From positions 110,794,001 to 110,858,000 of the forward strand of contig OZ024741.1 in the NCBI GenBank assembly GCA_964016885.1: 64,000 nucleotides of DNA. Direction: 5' to 3'. Of the stretch, positions 32,652-46,065 are shown one piece after another; position 1 is the stretch's first letter; each line of letters opens with the position of its first letter. Source of the stretch: Eledone cirrhosa (Eukaryota). The notes under the pieces are model-generated. The model was given only the letters and a program-made list of their open reading frames with translations. It was not told the DNA's origin and ran no database searches. Position numbers and translations under genes: made by a program.

Positions 32652-34019
32652 CCTTTGACATAACAATGGGCTCTAACGATTCGGCGGAAATAACTGATAT
32701 TGTGGGGTTATTTATCGCCTTTAGACTCCAGGAATCTCCACGGCGGAATATACCGCGACGATGTTCTCCTCCTAGCTAAAAACCTTAATAACCAAAAACT
32801 AGAAAAACTACGCAAAGATATAAGAAAACTACTACTCGAAATAGGACTAACTATAACATATGAATACAACCTTAAAGTAGTTAACTTCCTGGATGTCACA
32901 CTCAATTTAAACTCTGGTTTGATTAAACCGTTTCAGAAATTGAACGAAAATCTCAAATACGTAAATGTTGGGTCTAACCACCCCATCTCTATAATTAAAT
33001 CTATCCCTAAAAATATTTCCCTTAGAATCTCGGGTCTATCTTCTAACATACAAGTATTTAAGGAACACGCCGAGTACTACGATAACGCCCTTAGTAAAGC
33101 AGGCTACCTCAACAAAATAGAGTACATAGATGGGAACAATCAAAACACCCAAAATAAATCCCACATAGGTAGATATAATAACACAACACCAAACCACACT
33201 TACTACCATAGTATGCACACCAGTAAACCAACAAACAAAACTAATAGAAAGCGATGCAAAGAGTACTTATGGTATAACCCCGAATACAATAGCTCCATTA
33301 GTACAAATTTACCAGTACTCTTCTTTAAAATAATTAAAAGACATTTTCCCACATCACACAAATACCACAAAATCCTAAACCCTACCACTATAAGACTGTC
33401 ATACTCTACAGCGTTAAACCTTGAACAACACATAAAAAAGATCAATACTAGAAGGTTAAACGAAAACACTAAGAACTTAAGTACAAAGAACACAAAAAAA
33501 ACAGTAAACAATACACTACAGAACATAAATAAACCACACCTAAGTTCGTCCGCAATACTACTCCAGAGAAAACCCAACGTACACAACTGTAACTGCACCT
33601 ATCCTGACAACTGCCCCCTCGGCAATAACTGCCTGGAAAAAAATATTATTTATAAGTGTACCATTAAATCCGGAGGCAACGAGTGGTATTACGTGGGATC
33701 AACGGCAACATCGTTTAAATCTCGATTGTATAGGCATTCTTACTCAATAAAACACCAGAGCCAAAGAAATGTAACAACTTTAGCAGAAAAAGCTTGGACG
33801 CTCAGGGATAGCGACCAAAAGTTTACCCTAAAATGGGAAAAATTAGCTAAAACCCAAAGCTTTTCCAGGAGCCAAAATTTCTGCAAATTGTGTAATCTTG
33901 AGATTTATTACATAATCACACACAAGAAGAAACTGCTGAATAACAGAATTGAACGAACATTATTCTGCCGTCACAGAACTAAAACCCTTTTTTCCCACTA
34001 CAAGCCGAATATTACATAA
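32652..34019 (+). pseudogene. Penelope-like RT (C-terminal half) plus GIY-YIG endonuclease; truncated and frameshifted near 32730
   Basis: FDITMGSNDSAEITDIVG in an alternate frame, then GIYRDD, VNFLDVTLNL, YVNVGSNHP, WYNPEY, CNCxxxxxCPLGNNC, IIYKC...YYVGST..FKSRLYRH, CKLC, CRH. The clade is possibly Nematis-like (uncertain). Confidence 0.9.
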
Positions 34020-34334
34020 AAGAGGGACATCCCCCAACTATATAAACCTTAATCTAGTTAGAAAAATATAAAAACAATCTCTTCTCAACATATATTAATA
34101 ACCTTAAATTACCATACTAATAATGAAAAGATATGCTGATGAGAATAGGTACAAATATGCGATAATGAATGTGTCTAAAAACGTCCATAAGTATGTATAT
34201 ATATGTGAAAATGTATATAAATAAGTAAATATATATATATGTTTGATGTGTATAGTTAGATGTAAGTGTATTCATGTATTAAAGTGCTTATATATGTATA
34301 TATATGTATATATGTGTATATGTATGTGTATGTA

Positions 34335-34379
<45 letters not shown>

Positions 34380-34949
34380 ATATATGTATGTATATATGAG
34401 TATATGGATGTGTAAGTATGTGTATGTGTGTACACATGAACTAGAGTATGTATGTATATATGTGTGTGTCTATACGTGTGTATATAAAGATAAGTTGAGT
34501 ATGAAAACGTATACACATGAGCGCGTATGTATGTACATGAATACATGTGTGTATATATATGTGTATGCATGTGTATATATATGTAAGTATGAATATGTGA
34601 ATTGTGAGTATATATATTTTGTAGAGGTGTGCAAATATATTTGTGTGTGAATGCGTGGGTGAAAGGATACGTACACTTGAAAGAAAAATTTAAGTCTGAA
34701 TGTTAATTAAGTGCAAACACAAAACCAACCACGCATATCTTTACTATCTCTAATCCTTCTATAGATTTAGAAAAATAACCAATAATATATTCTATAAAAA
34801 ATGTCAAAACAACAGATGGGAATCTAATTACTCACTGCCACCAAGAATTCTCACTGCTATCGAAAAACCACTCCTTCAACTATTCTTCTAACAACTTCAC
34901 CCCTCCCTCCTAATATTCTCTATAAAAACTAAACAGGTCCTCAGTAATA

Positions 34950-35066
34950 TTATTCTGATGAAATGACAGTAAATAATAACATTGAAATATTGAATGTCTG
35001 CATAACTAAAAGTTTGTAGATAGCTGTTTTAGGTTATGTAACTGTTATAGAAACACGTGTCAATAA
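34950..35066 (+). ncRNA. Penelope-type (type I, minimal stem III) hammerhead ribozyme motif
   Basis: TTATT-CTGATGA (34955-61). Stem II ATGACAGT (34963-70) / ACTGTTAT (35041-48). GAAAC-ACGT-GTC (35050-61), then AATAA completes stem I. Confidence 0.7.
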
Positions 35067-35100
35067 ATTCCTTTCAACTAAACTGTATCCATTCAAATCT

Positions 35101-35136
<36 letters not shown>

Positions 35137-35779
35137 TCATCATATATATACAAAATATTTATACACAATGCAACCAACAACAAATACCATGCTCACATCA
35201 TCATCATCATCATCATCATCTACTCTATGCATACTCCCCAACCACACACCCTCTATGCCAATACTTGCATGTTAGATGTGTTAACCCAATACACTATACT
35301 ACCTCCTCTGCCTCCACATCCATGCCTCTCTATAGCTTTCCATGTCCTCACTATACATCCCACCACCTCTGTTTCCTCTACACCTCCCCTCCATCTTTCT
35401 ATGTCCCCACTACATCTCCTCCACCCTCTCTGTAAGTCCTCACTGCACCCCCACTGCCACCATATTTCTCTGTGCCCTCACTAATATATGTTAGGTGTCT
35501 GTACCCAACACACTATAGCTGAAAGAGGTCAGTTTTCATCAAACTCAGTCCATGACCCAATTTCAGCTCCTATCCAAAGACTGGAATTTTCACATTTCTT
35601 TAAAATTTCTCATTTTCTCTAAAATACAATACAATCATGATTTTGATTGACAGAATTGTTGGAGCATTTGACAAAATACTTTGTGTATTTGTGCCAGCTC
35701 TTTTCATTGCGGAGTTCAAATCTTGCCCAAGCTAACTTTGCAATAACCATCTTAATTTGTAACCACCTATACTGATTTA

Positions 35780-36085
35780 GCTGGAAATAACTAAAAACTA
35801 GTTTGCTAATTCAAATATTTATGGTGTATTTACTAGTAGACAGGTTATTGTGAAAACTTTCAGTATTAACTCTTAACATCTTGTAATGATTTGGCAAAAA
35901 ATATCTAAAAACTAGTTTGCTAATTCAAACATTTAGTGTATTTATTAGTGGACAAATTGTAAAAATTTGCAGTTTTAACTCAACATCCTGTAATGATTAA
36001 GCAGAAAATATCTAAAAACTGATGCTCTAATTCAAACATTTGCAGTGCATTTACTGGTTGGTGGACAAGGTTATTGTAAGGATTT
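35780..36085. repeat. Degenerate ~115-120-bp tandem repeat (3 units); related dispersed copies at ~41750-41885 and ~49815-49929
   Basis: Recurring AAAACTAGTTTGCTAATTCAAA and TAATGATTTAGCAGAAAATAT motifs. Confidence 0.6.
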
Positions 36086-36219
36086 TCAGTAAACTAAAGT
36101 AAAGATTTTTTATGTTAAATCATGTCTTGAAATAGACATTGTTGCACTTTGGTAAGGTCTACCTATGAAAACACAGGTGCCAGTTGAGTTTCATTTCAGT
36201 TTTTAACTCTCTGGTCTTG

Positions 36220-37617
36220 TTGGTAATATATACATTTGTAGAGTAATAATTCACACACTTGTAGAATAGTGCCTCATTTGTAGAGTGGTAATACACATAT
36301 TTGTATAGGGGTAATACACACATTTGTAGAGTGGTGATACACACATCTGTAGGGTGGTAATGCATTTGTAGAGTAGTAATACAAACATCTGTAGAGTGGT
36401 AATACACACATCTGTAGAGTGGTGATATATACATCTGTAGTGGTAATATACACATCTGTATGGTGGTAATATACACATCTGTATGGTGGTAATACACACA
36501 TCTGTAGAGTGGTAATATACACGTATGTGGAGTGGTAATGCACGTTTGTAGAAAGGTAATACACACATCTGTAGAGTGGTAATACACACGTCTGTAGAGT
36601 GGTAATACACACGCCTGTAGAGCGGTAATACACACGTCTGTATAGTTGTAATACACGTCTGTAGAGTGGTAATGCACATGGCTGTAGAGCAGTAATACAC
36701 GCGTGTAGGGTGGTAATACACACGTATGTAGGGTATTAATGCACACGTATGTAGGGTGGTAATATACACATCTGTAGAGTGGCAATACACACGTCTGTAG
36801 GGCGGCGATATGCACATATGTAGAGTGGTAATACACACATATGTAGGGTGGTGATACACACATCTGTAGAATGGTGGTATACACGTCTGTAGAGTGGTAA
36901 TATACACGTCTGTAGAGGTAATATACATGCCTGTAGAGTGGTGATATACACATCTGTAGAGTGGTGATATACACATCTGTAGAGTGGTGATATACATGTA
37001 TGTGGAGTGGTAATACACACGTTTGTAGAAAGGTAATACACACATCTGTAGAATGGTAATACACACGTCTGTAGTGGTGATACATCTGTAGAGTGGTAAT
37101 ACACACGTATGTAGGGTGGTGATGCATCTGTAGAGTGGTGATATACACATCTGTAGAGTGGTGATATACACATCTGTAGAGTGGTGATATACACATCTGT
37201 AGAGTGGTGATACACACATCTGTAGAGTGGTGATACACACATCTGTAGAGTGGTGATACACACATCTGTAGAGTGGTGATACACACATCTGTAGTGGTAA
37301 TATACACATCTGTAGAGTGGTAATATACACATCTGTAGAGTGGTAATACACATATCTGTAGTGGTAATACACGTATCTGTAGAGTGGTAATACACATATC
37401 TGTAGAGTTGTAATACACACATCTGTAGAGTGGTGATATACATATCTGTAGAGTGGTAATACACCTATCTGTAGTGGTAATATATACGTCTGTAGAGTGG
37501 TGATATACACGTCTGTAGAGTGGTGATACACACATCTGTAGTGGTAATATACACATCTGTAGTGGTAATATACACGTCTGTAGAGTGGTGATACATCTGT
37601 AGAATGGTAATATACAC
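36220..37617. repeat. ~1.4-kb minisatellite, ~23-bp unit CTGTAGAGTGGT(A/G)ATACACACAT
   Basis: Dozens of variant units read directly. Confidence 0.95.
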
Positions 37618-39339
37618 AACTGGATCAATTCAATCTATTTTTTCAATTCTGACATGGGTTGGAACAGTTTACTTTTCAATGCTCATTTTAAATAAATAAA
37701 TCCAATTATAATCCCTTAATCAATACAAATGACTAGGTTAGTTTACATTTAGGTTATTTTGTATTTATTTTACTTATAATTTCTGTACCTGTGTTGTAGA
37801 GTCAGGGGTTTGATGACCCTCCTAAATTTAGGGAGCTGAACCTAGCGAATTGTCTATCCTATCACACTTTTATCTCTAATCCTAAAATATTTTATGCAGT
37901 ATCTCCCCATAGCTACTATTAACCCTTTTAATGCTCTATTTCTAATGAAACACTCTGCTTACATGTTTCAGTTAATTTTGAAAATAATAAAAAGAATTTG
38001 GAGGAATTTTATAAAATAACTTCTTCATTAGTAAGCTGATGTTTGGAACAAAAATTTGTTTAAAAAAACTGATCGAAAATTTTGATATATCATCACCACC
38101 ACCATTTAATGTCTATTTTCTATGCTTGCATGGGTTAATTAGGTTGTCACATGAGTAAAATTAGGTCATATGACCTTGTCTGGCTCATATGAATCTGTTT
38201 TGGGGCTTGGTTTCTATGACTGGATGCTCTTCCTAGTGCTAACCACATTTTTAAATGGGCAGTTTGGGTTTTTTTTTTAAAGAGTTATGGTTAAGTCTAC
38301 TTTTATGTAACTACTAACCCCACCACACTGAAATATAACTATTACACCCTTAACAAAATATTTTTTTTATAAAAGTTCTTTTTTTTGTAAATTATATTTT
38401 TATTCTTTTCTCTAAAAAAATAATGAAAAAGTTTTTGAAGTTATTTAAAAAATATTTTGAAGCTATATCAAATGACACATATTTGCTTCAGTTTTTTTTA
38501 AATATCACAACCATTCCCTCTCAGCTCTTACAAACATGGAATCCTACCTATGAAAAGTCAGAGATGATTCTTTTTGTAATTCCTTCCTCCAAATCATTAC
38601 CATTTTTGTCTGCTTCCACCCGAAAACAAGATATATATATATATATATATATAGTTTAAAAGTCTGGGTGAAGTTTTTGTCAAGTTCCTAGCATGAATCT
38701 TTGTAGAAGACGAACAATTGTTTGTTATTTCACTGAAGATATGAAGATATTTTAAATGATAAATTCTAGTATAGAAGTGGGTATTGTGTTGCTCTAAGAC
38801 ACACCCAAGTATATATACCTGGGTAGGGAGGAGGTGGGTGACGTTCTGAATGAGATGTACATAAAATTAATCACCACATATAAAAACAAATTAGTCATTG
38901 AGATTAACAAACTAATTGACATTTTCTCTGTATGTGTGTATTTGTCTATATGTATGTGTATTGTGTATGCATCTTATGTGTATGTATGTGACCTGTGTAT
39001 GTGTGTCTTTGTCCCTGTATGTTTATATCTGTATATGTCAGTATGTGGTAAACATGTGGAAGAACTACCATATGATACATCTTATCGCAACATGAACCAA
39101 TAACAGAGCATCTACTTGTCGGTAGACTTGCTAAAAATAACAGCCAAATCTCCCTCAAACCTCACTAGAACACAATGCCATACGCTGTCCAAACTCTAGA
39201 TTCTGTGCAAAAGCCAGACTCATGGCACTTCGGGTTAGCTAAAACCTTGAAGGGAGTCTGCACACCTACTACTCGAAATTGGTTTATTGGTAATCACCAT
39301 GAAAACAGAAATAAGATCTAAGTAAATAAAGTCTGCAAA

Positions 39340-39720
39340 CTAGTTGTTGTTGGTGGTGCCAGCAGGGCTTGTTGCCATTATCCCTGATCAGCTCTGATTA
39401 AGCAGATCCATGACATGTAAATAGCCTTGTTGTTGTAGCTCTAGAAGGGATTTTGATCAGACAGACTCATAACATGCAGATATTAATGTTGTTGTTGTAA
39501 GCATATCAGGGATTTTGATCTAGCTACCCCCTGACTTGCAGATATTTATGTAGTTGTTGTTGTCGGCCTAGCAGGAGTTTTGATCTAGCAGACCCCTGAC
39601 ATGCAGATATTTATGTAGTTGTTGTAGGCTAGCAGGGGTTTTGATCAAGCACACCCATAACATATGAATATTTATGTAGTTGTTGTTGTAGGCCTAGCAG
39701 GGGTTTTGATCTAGCAGGAC
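39340..39720. repeat. ~60-bp degenerate minisatellite
   Basis: Repeated GATATTTATGTAGTTGTTGT..GGCCTAGCAGGGGTTTTGATC. Confidence 0.8.
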
Positions 39721-40639
39721 CCCCCCCCACACACACACACACACACATGCAGATATAACATGCATGTTGTCAACCAAACAATGATGTGCAACCCACAGAT
39801 TTATTGTTTCAATAGCACACTGTTTTTGTCTAGTTGGTCAGCCATATTGCTTACTACAACATGCACTGGCTTATTGCATGTTGTTACAGTTCATACATAT
39901 GTAGTTGTAGCTGGTCTCCTATGAGATTGCAGCATAGACTATATTTTTTTTATATTGCTAATATATTTCCATATGGTACAGGGGACATTAAGATTTAAGA
40001 AAAAGCATGCTTGTCACACAATCCTATTCTTTTTCCCTTTAAATAATCCGTGCCATGTATCTAAGGTTTTTTTTTTGGGGGGGGGGGTTAAATCACTACT
40101 TAATATGTAGTTCTGTTTTGAAATTTGACTCCAATGTTGCAACAGATAGCAGCTAAAATATTCTTCTGAAGTCATGCTGTTTGAGGAATTCTGTTTGTCA
40201 ATTAGCTGTTAGTTAGTCATTATGATGAGCTAGATATTACACCATTACACTACTGCTACTCACAGCAATATGTGTGTGTGTATGGAGAGAGAGAAAGAGA
40301 GGAAGTGCCTATTCTCTCATTTCAAAAGACTTGAGATGTTACATATTTCTGAAAGTAATATCAAGAAAATTATTTCAATTAACTTTTTTCACAGTTCAAG
40401 ACTTTCTTTGAGGAACTTTATAGCAGAAACAGCTGCTTAGACAGACAAATTATACTTCTGCATAGACACACACATACACACACTTACATATGTGCACATA
40501 TAAATACACACATAAACATGAACATGCTTGCTTGCATGCACACACACATATCTGTCTTCAGTCCAAAATATATCTTACAACTGTTCCTTTAATTTTTGCA
40601 CTAACCACTAGGAGAGAAAAACAAATTCACTTTTTTGAT

Positions 40640-41030
40640 ACCAAACTCTGAATACAAGCAGATGAAAAGGAGTTCTTCCAAAGTGTTTTTGGAGAAAGGT
40701 TACTTAATAGGGTGTGTAGCTTGGAGATCAGAGAGTCATTCCAGGTAGAGTCACAACTTCTCCAAATTGAGAGATATCAGCTCTGATAATATCGGCATTT
40801 GGTCAGAATGTCTAAAAAAAGGAATTGCTGAACAGATTTTATGGACAAAGCCAAGCAGCAAGAGACCCAAAGGTTGGTTGGTATCAGAGGTCCAGCCAAA
40901 TTAATTGGAGACAGTTGTTTCTGATAGGACCAACTGGAAGGATGGTTTGAGGACTCTGCACCCACAACCCTCCCAGGGATAAGTGGACAAAAAAAAAGAA
41001 ACTGCCTGAAATTGCTCTTTGGTTCTACAA
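40640..41030 (+). mobile_element. Old RTE-type LINE 3' fragment
   Basis: Degenerate peptide ...RVCSLEIRESFQVESQLLQIERYQL...HLVRMS...KRPKG; same family as 63545-64000. Confidence 0.55.
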
Positions 41031-41977
41031 TCCTTCCAACATAATTTTTTGTAAGAACCTTTGTTATGTTCCAAACACTGGCTTAAAATGAGAAAGTAAG
41101 CTATATTACTGTTCCTCGAAACTTCTGAATATTTTCAAAATCATAGGCAGTGTCTTTCATTAGAAATCATCATCATCATCGTTTAATTTCTATCTTCCAC
41201 ACTAGCATGGGTTTAGACGTGGTAATGAAAGGGTTAAGGCTTTAAACTAATACTCAGTTCTGATCCCTTTCTAACATCTGTAAACCAAAAGGCCAGTACA
41301 CTAACTGCTATTTAATTTTTTGATGATCATATTTTTAATTAAACACACTGATGTACTTCAATTCATTTTTGTTTTAATCAAGAATTTGAAGGAATTTAGT
41401 AAGTTAAATAGTTCACTTTTCCATTATCAAGTTAAAACAAGGTTTTTACATAAAATTAGAATGGATGGTTTTAATTTAAATATGAACTCTTTAAAATGAA
41501 AGGATTTGTAGGATAAAACCTAAATGCATTCTTTATTCATCCATATGAGGATGAGCATGGTATCTAAGCTGACTAGTCTTCTTTTTTTTTTTTTTGCCAA
41601 TACGCCAATGTTTCTAGATTTTCTCAACCCCCTCGTCTGATTATCCTATCTACTTCTGGTTTGATTAGACACTAAAACACAGTTTTTATGATACTGCACC
41701 AGATAGAACTCTAAACATCAAGATTCTATGCCATAACTCTAGTTTAATTCTTAACATCTGGTGATGATTTAGCAGAAAATATGTAAAAAAAACTGGGATA
41801 TTACTTCAAATATTTATATATAGGATGTTTACCAGTGGACAGAATGTTATGAAAATATGTGGTATTAGAGTAAATACTTTAGTTTTTAATGTGATGCAGT
41901 CATAGTGCTGTTTTGTACTTTTTAAGAATGTTTCTTCCAAGCGGTATTGATGAAGTCTTGAGAGAATGTTGTAGCAT

Positions 41978-42272
41978 TTGTCTGAGGCGATGTCCTGATT
42001 ATAAATGTTGACCAGTGTGTCACAGTTAAGGATCTCAGTGTCTGAGGCAATGTCCTGATTATTAATGTTGACCAATGTGTCACAGTTAAGGATCTCAGTG
42101 TCTGAGGCAATGTCCTGATTATTAATGTTGACCAATGTATCACAGTCAAGGACCTCAGTGTGTGAGGTCATGTCCTGGTTAGAAACATTGACCAATGTAC
42201 CACAGTTAAGGACCTCAGTGTCTGAGCTCATGTCCTGGTTAAAAAAAATTGACCAATGTGACAAAGTTAAGG
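41978..42272. repeat. 60-bp minisatellite, ~5 units
   Basis: TGTCTGAGGCAATGTCCTGATTATTAATGTTGACCAATGTGTCACAGTTAAGGATCTCAG recurs at exact 60-bp spacing. Confidence 0.92.
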
Positions 42273-42316
42273 CAGTTGTCTTGAATATAAAGGTGGAGCA
42301 ATATTGTACAATACAA

Positions 42317-42531
42317 TTAATCCTTTAGTATTTACATTACTCTATATTTGCTATTATATTTTCATGGTAAAGGCTTTACCTCACATAATATCGAATCTAT
42401 GAGATTTTGATATTATTTATTTAGAGAACAATACATTAACATCAGTAGGAACAGCTGGTTACAAGCCAGTTTGAACAGAAAGAGGTGAGAATTCTGGCCG
42501 GATTCGGCCGGTTTAAGTGCTAAAGGGTTAA
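42317..42531 (-). mobile_element. piggyBac-like TTAA MITE
   Basis: TTAA at both ends; reverse complement of the 49926 copy. Confidence 0.75.
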
Positions 42532-42772
42532 ACAACTAACTAATTATTAAACTAACCAATGAATAGGTTAGTTACTCAACTAATGATAAACTGTGAAACT
42601 CAATTGATGTATATAATTTTATTGGTAGCATGACCCTCCTGAATGAAGTATAATAATATGTATTTCATCACATCAAATTTCTTGGTAAAGAAATACAAAA
42701 ACAAAGTATAAACACACACACACATATATATAGACATTAAATGATTATATATATATATATATATATATATAC

Positions 42773-45282
42773 ATTTCTGAAAGCAAACCTGCTGATGGCG
42801 ACAGACAAAGTCTGTGGCTGGAGCAGGCCAGTAGGCAGGAGGAGAGTAACATGGTGGTGGAACAGTAAGGTGGAGGGGTCAATTAAGGCCAAAAAGCAGG
42901 CTTGGAAAGTATGGCAGGATGGGGGAAGTAGAGAAGACTATCAAGTGGCCAGGAGGGAAGCTAGGAGACAAGTGTACTTCGCAAGAAGGGAAGCAGAGGA
43001 AAGAAAGTTCAAGCATGTTCTACAACGCGAGGACCAAAAACGTGAGGTGTTCAGGATTGCTAGGCAATGTGTCAAGGAAACCGTGATATTGTCGAGGAGA
43101 AGTGTGTACTTAATGATGACGGCATACTTGCCATCACCGACGCTGATAAGAAGGTAGCTTGGAAGTGTCACTATGAAAGGCTACTAAATGAGGAGAATAA
43201 ATGGGAGAAAGACGGTCTCCCCCACATCGACCCAATAGAGGGACCAGCAGTGTTAGTCGAGGGGAGTATAATAAGTAAGGCAATCAAGGATATGAAGACG
43301 GGTAAGGCGGCTGGGCCTTCGGAAATAGTCGCTGAGATGCTGAAGGCATCTGGCACGGTGGGACACACCATGGTCACCCGCATAGTTAACCAAGTCGTAC
43401 AGAATGGGGTTGTTCCGAAGGACTGGCATAGCAGCATCATCGTTAACTGTTATAAGGGTAAAGGAGATGCCCTAGATAGGAGTAACTATAGAGGCATTAA
43501 ATTAATCGACCAGGTCATGAAGGTCACGGAAAAAGTAATAGCGCAACTAATCAGAGAGAGAATTGACCTAGATGAAAGGCAGTTCGGGTTTGTGTCAGGC
43601 AAAAGTACCACAGACGCTCTTTTCATTGTACGACAACTACAGGAGAAGTACCTAGCTAAAGGTAAACCCCTCTACTTAGCTTTTGTCGACTTGGAGAAAG
43701 CCTTCGACAGAGTCCCCCGCTCCATTATCTGGTGGGCTCTTAGAAAACTAGGTGTTGACGAATGGCTTGTGAGAGCGATACAAGCCATGTATAAAGAAAC
43801 AGTCAGCAAGGTTAGAATTAACAACGAACATAGTGAAGAGTTTAGCGTAAAAGTTGGCGTCCATCAGGGCTCTGTTCTCAGCCCCCTACTATTTATTATT
43901 GCCCTTCAGGCTATAACAGAGGAGTTCAAGACCGGCTGCCCATGGGAACTCCTATACGCAGACGACCTGACACTCATAGCTGAATCAATGGCCGAGCTAG
44001 AGAAGAAATTCCAAACATGGAAGCATGGCCTAGAATCAAAAGGACTTAAAATTAACCTGGCTAAGACTAAAGTTCTAGTTTGTAGGAAAGAAAATAAGGC
44101 GGCGGTCCCTTCTGGGAAATGGCCATGCTCAGTGTGTAGGAAAGGCGTAGGTAGAAACTCCATTTTATGTCCCAAATGCAAAGTATGGCTGCATAAAAGA
44201 TGTAGTGGGATCACAGGTAAGCTAACTAAGAACATAGATTTTACATGTGGCCGGTGCTCTGGTGCAATAAGTAGCAGCAAGTGCCCACAAAATACTAGCT
44301 CTTACAACTGCGCAGAGGGCTCTATAGAAATAGTGGACAGCTTCCGTTACCTGGGTGACAAAATCAGCAGTGGGGGAGGGTGCTCAGAAAGTACAGTAGC
44401 TAGAGTCAGAACTAGATGGAAAAAGTTCAGAGAGCTTATACCACTATTAGCTGCTAAAGGGTTCTCCCTAAAAATGAAAGGCAGGTTGTATGATGCCTGC
44501 ATACGAACAGCAATGTTACATGGCAGTGAGACCTGGGCATTGTGTGCAGAGGATATACGCAGACTAGAGAGAAACGAAGCTTGCATGCTCCGCTGGATGT
44601 GTAACAGTAATATACGTGAACGGCAAAGCATAAACGAACTAAGGAAAAAATTAGAAATAAGAGGGATCAGATGTTGTTTACTCGAGAGAAGGCTACGCTG
44701 GTATGGACACGTGATGCGCATGAAAGTCGATAGCTGTATAACAAAGTGCAGGGCAATAAAGATAGACGGTAGCCACGGAATAGGCAGACCTAGAAAAACC
44801 TGGGACGAGCTGATAAACTCCGACCTCACACACTTACACCTCTCCAAGACAATGTCACTGGACCAAGACCTTTGGCGGTACTCAGTAACAGAGAAGACCC
44901 GCCTTACCTAAATACATAGTAAAACCTACTACAGCCAGTAGGCATCTCTAACAAAATACACCCCACCCCATCCACACCACCCCCTTCTATGTAAAGTTAT
45001 GTCGGTGCCACGCCATCCAGGCCGAAACAAATGAGATTGTGTAGGTGTCACGACAAAAAAACACACAGTCCACGCTGTAATGTAGCCGTGTAGGCAACAC
45101 GGTAAAAACCTCCCAGCCCCACACTGTAAATGTGGTTGGTGTTAGGAAGGGCATCCAACTGTAGAAAACCTGCCAGACAGTCCTATGCGAGCAAGACAAT
45201 CACTCTTGCCTCAAGTGGGAATACCCCCGTCCAAACCCATGCAAGCGTGGAACACGGACGTTAAACGTTGATGATGATGATA
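42773..45282 (+). mobile_element. 5'-truncated RTE-clade LINE (copy 1) with RT, PHD-like finger, 3' UTR and (GAT)n tail
   Basis: ORF 43067-44911 has NYRGIKL, QFGF, FVDLEKAFDRVP, GVHQGSVLSPLLF, YADD, RRLRWYGHV. 1-nt deletion in an A-run at ~43080 relative to copy 3. Confidence 0.96.
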
Positions 45283-45983
45283 TATATAAAATCATCAGAA
45301 ATGTTGTATATTCCTTATGATTTTATACAAATAAAATAGTTCTAGTTTTGTAGGAGTCATTTCTATATATAATAAAGATATATATAACCATCCAGATGCA
45401 TTGCTCCAGTGTCAGAAACACTCTGCATCACATCATTGTTCACTACATCTACTACACAAACACCACCGCCACCACTCTCGGTTAAATAGTTCAATTGTAC
45501 TCTGTGGTGCCTACATTCACACCTCTCACCTCCACTCTGTTCTAGGTGCCCTGTCCAAATATGGGCATTAAAGTCCTAACTTTTCTCTATTACTCCCTCC
45601 TCCTTTTGTAATCTGATGGTGGTGGCAGTTGTAGTATATAGTATGTAGATAGGTGGGGTGGGAAGTTAGTAAATAACTCTGTCTCTCTCTATCCGCTCAC
45701 CTCTTTCCTTGTACCTACCACCACCATTCCTATATCACTGCTTCCATTGTACCAAACTTACATCATTTAAGATTGAACATTCACATCAGTTACCACTCTT
45801 TATATACATGGTCCCTTCCCTCTCTCCCCCTCTCGCTTTCTCTTTGTCACACTCTTTCTTTCTGCTAATGCCTGTATGTTTCATTATGCCTGTGTATGTA
45901 TGTGTACAACCTCTGAGAATGTGTGTCTGTCTTACTCTGTGTGTTTGTGTGCATCTATCTCCCTCCCCTCCTCTCTCTCTTCT

Positions 45984-46028
<45 letters not shown>

Positions 46029-46065
46029 TATATAAATATATATATATATATATACATACACATAT

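Larger units (their letters stand above)
32100..35106 (+). mobile_element. 5'-truncated Penelope-like retroelement with inverted pseudo-LTR, flanked by (TA)n
   Basis: RT plus GIY-YIG ORF. 32211-32656 is the reverse complement of 34662-35106. TA-rich microsatellite lies on both sides. Confidence 0.93.

Noticed and set aside
32700-34019. Naiad-type selenoprotein-encoding PLE
   Set aside because: The endonuclease is C-terminal (canonical order) and there are no in-frame TGA codons at the Cys positions.
36159-37628. 489-aa and 426-aa minus-strand ORFs
   Set aside because: They are translations of the minisatellite, with no domain or splice support.
41978-42272. Regularly spaced repeats resembling a CRISPR array (also 36.2-37.6 kb and 39.3-39.7 kb)
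   Set aside because: Whole units repeat with no unique spacers, there are no cas genes, and the context is eukaryotic.
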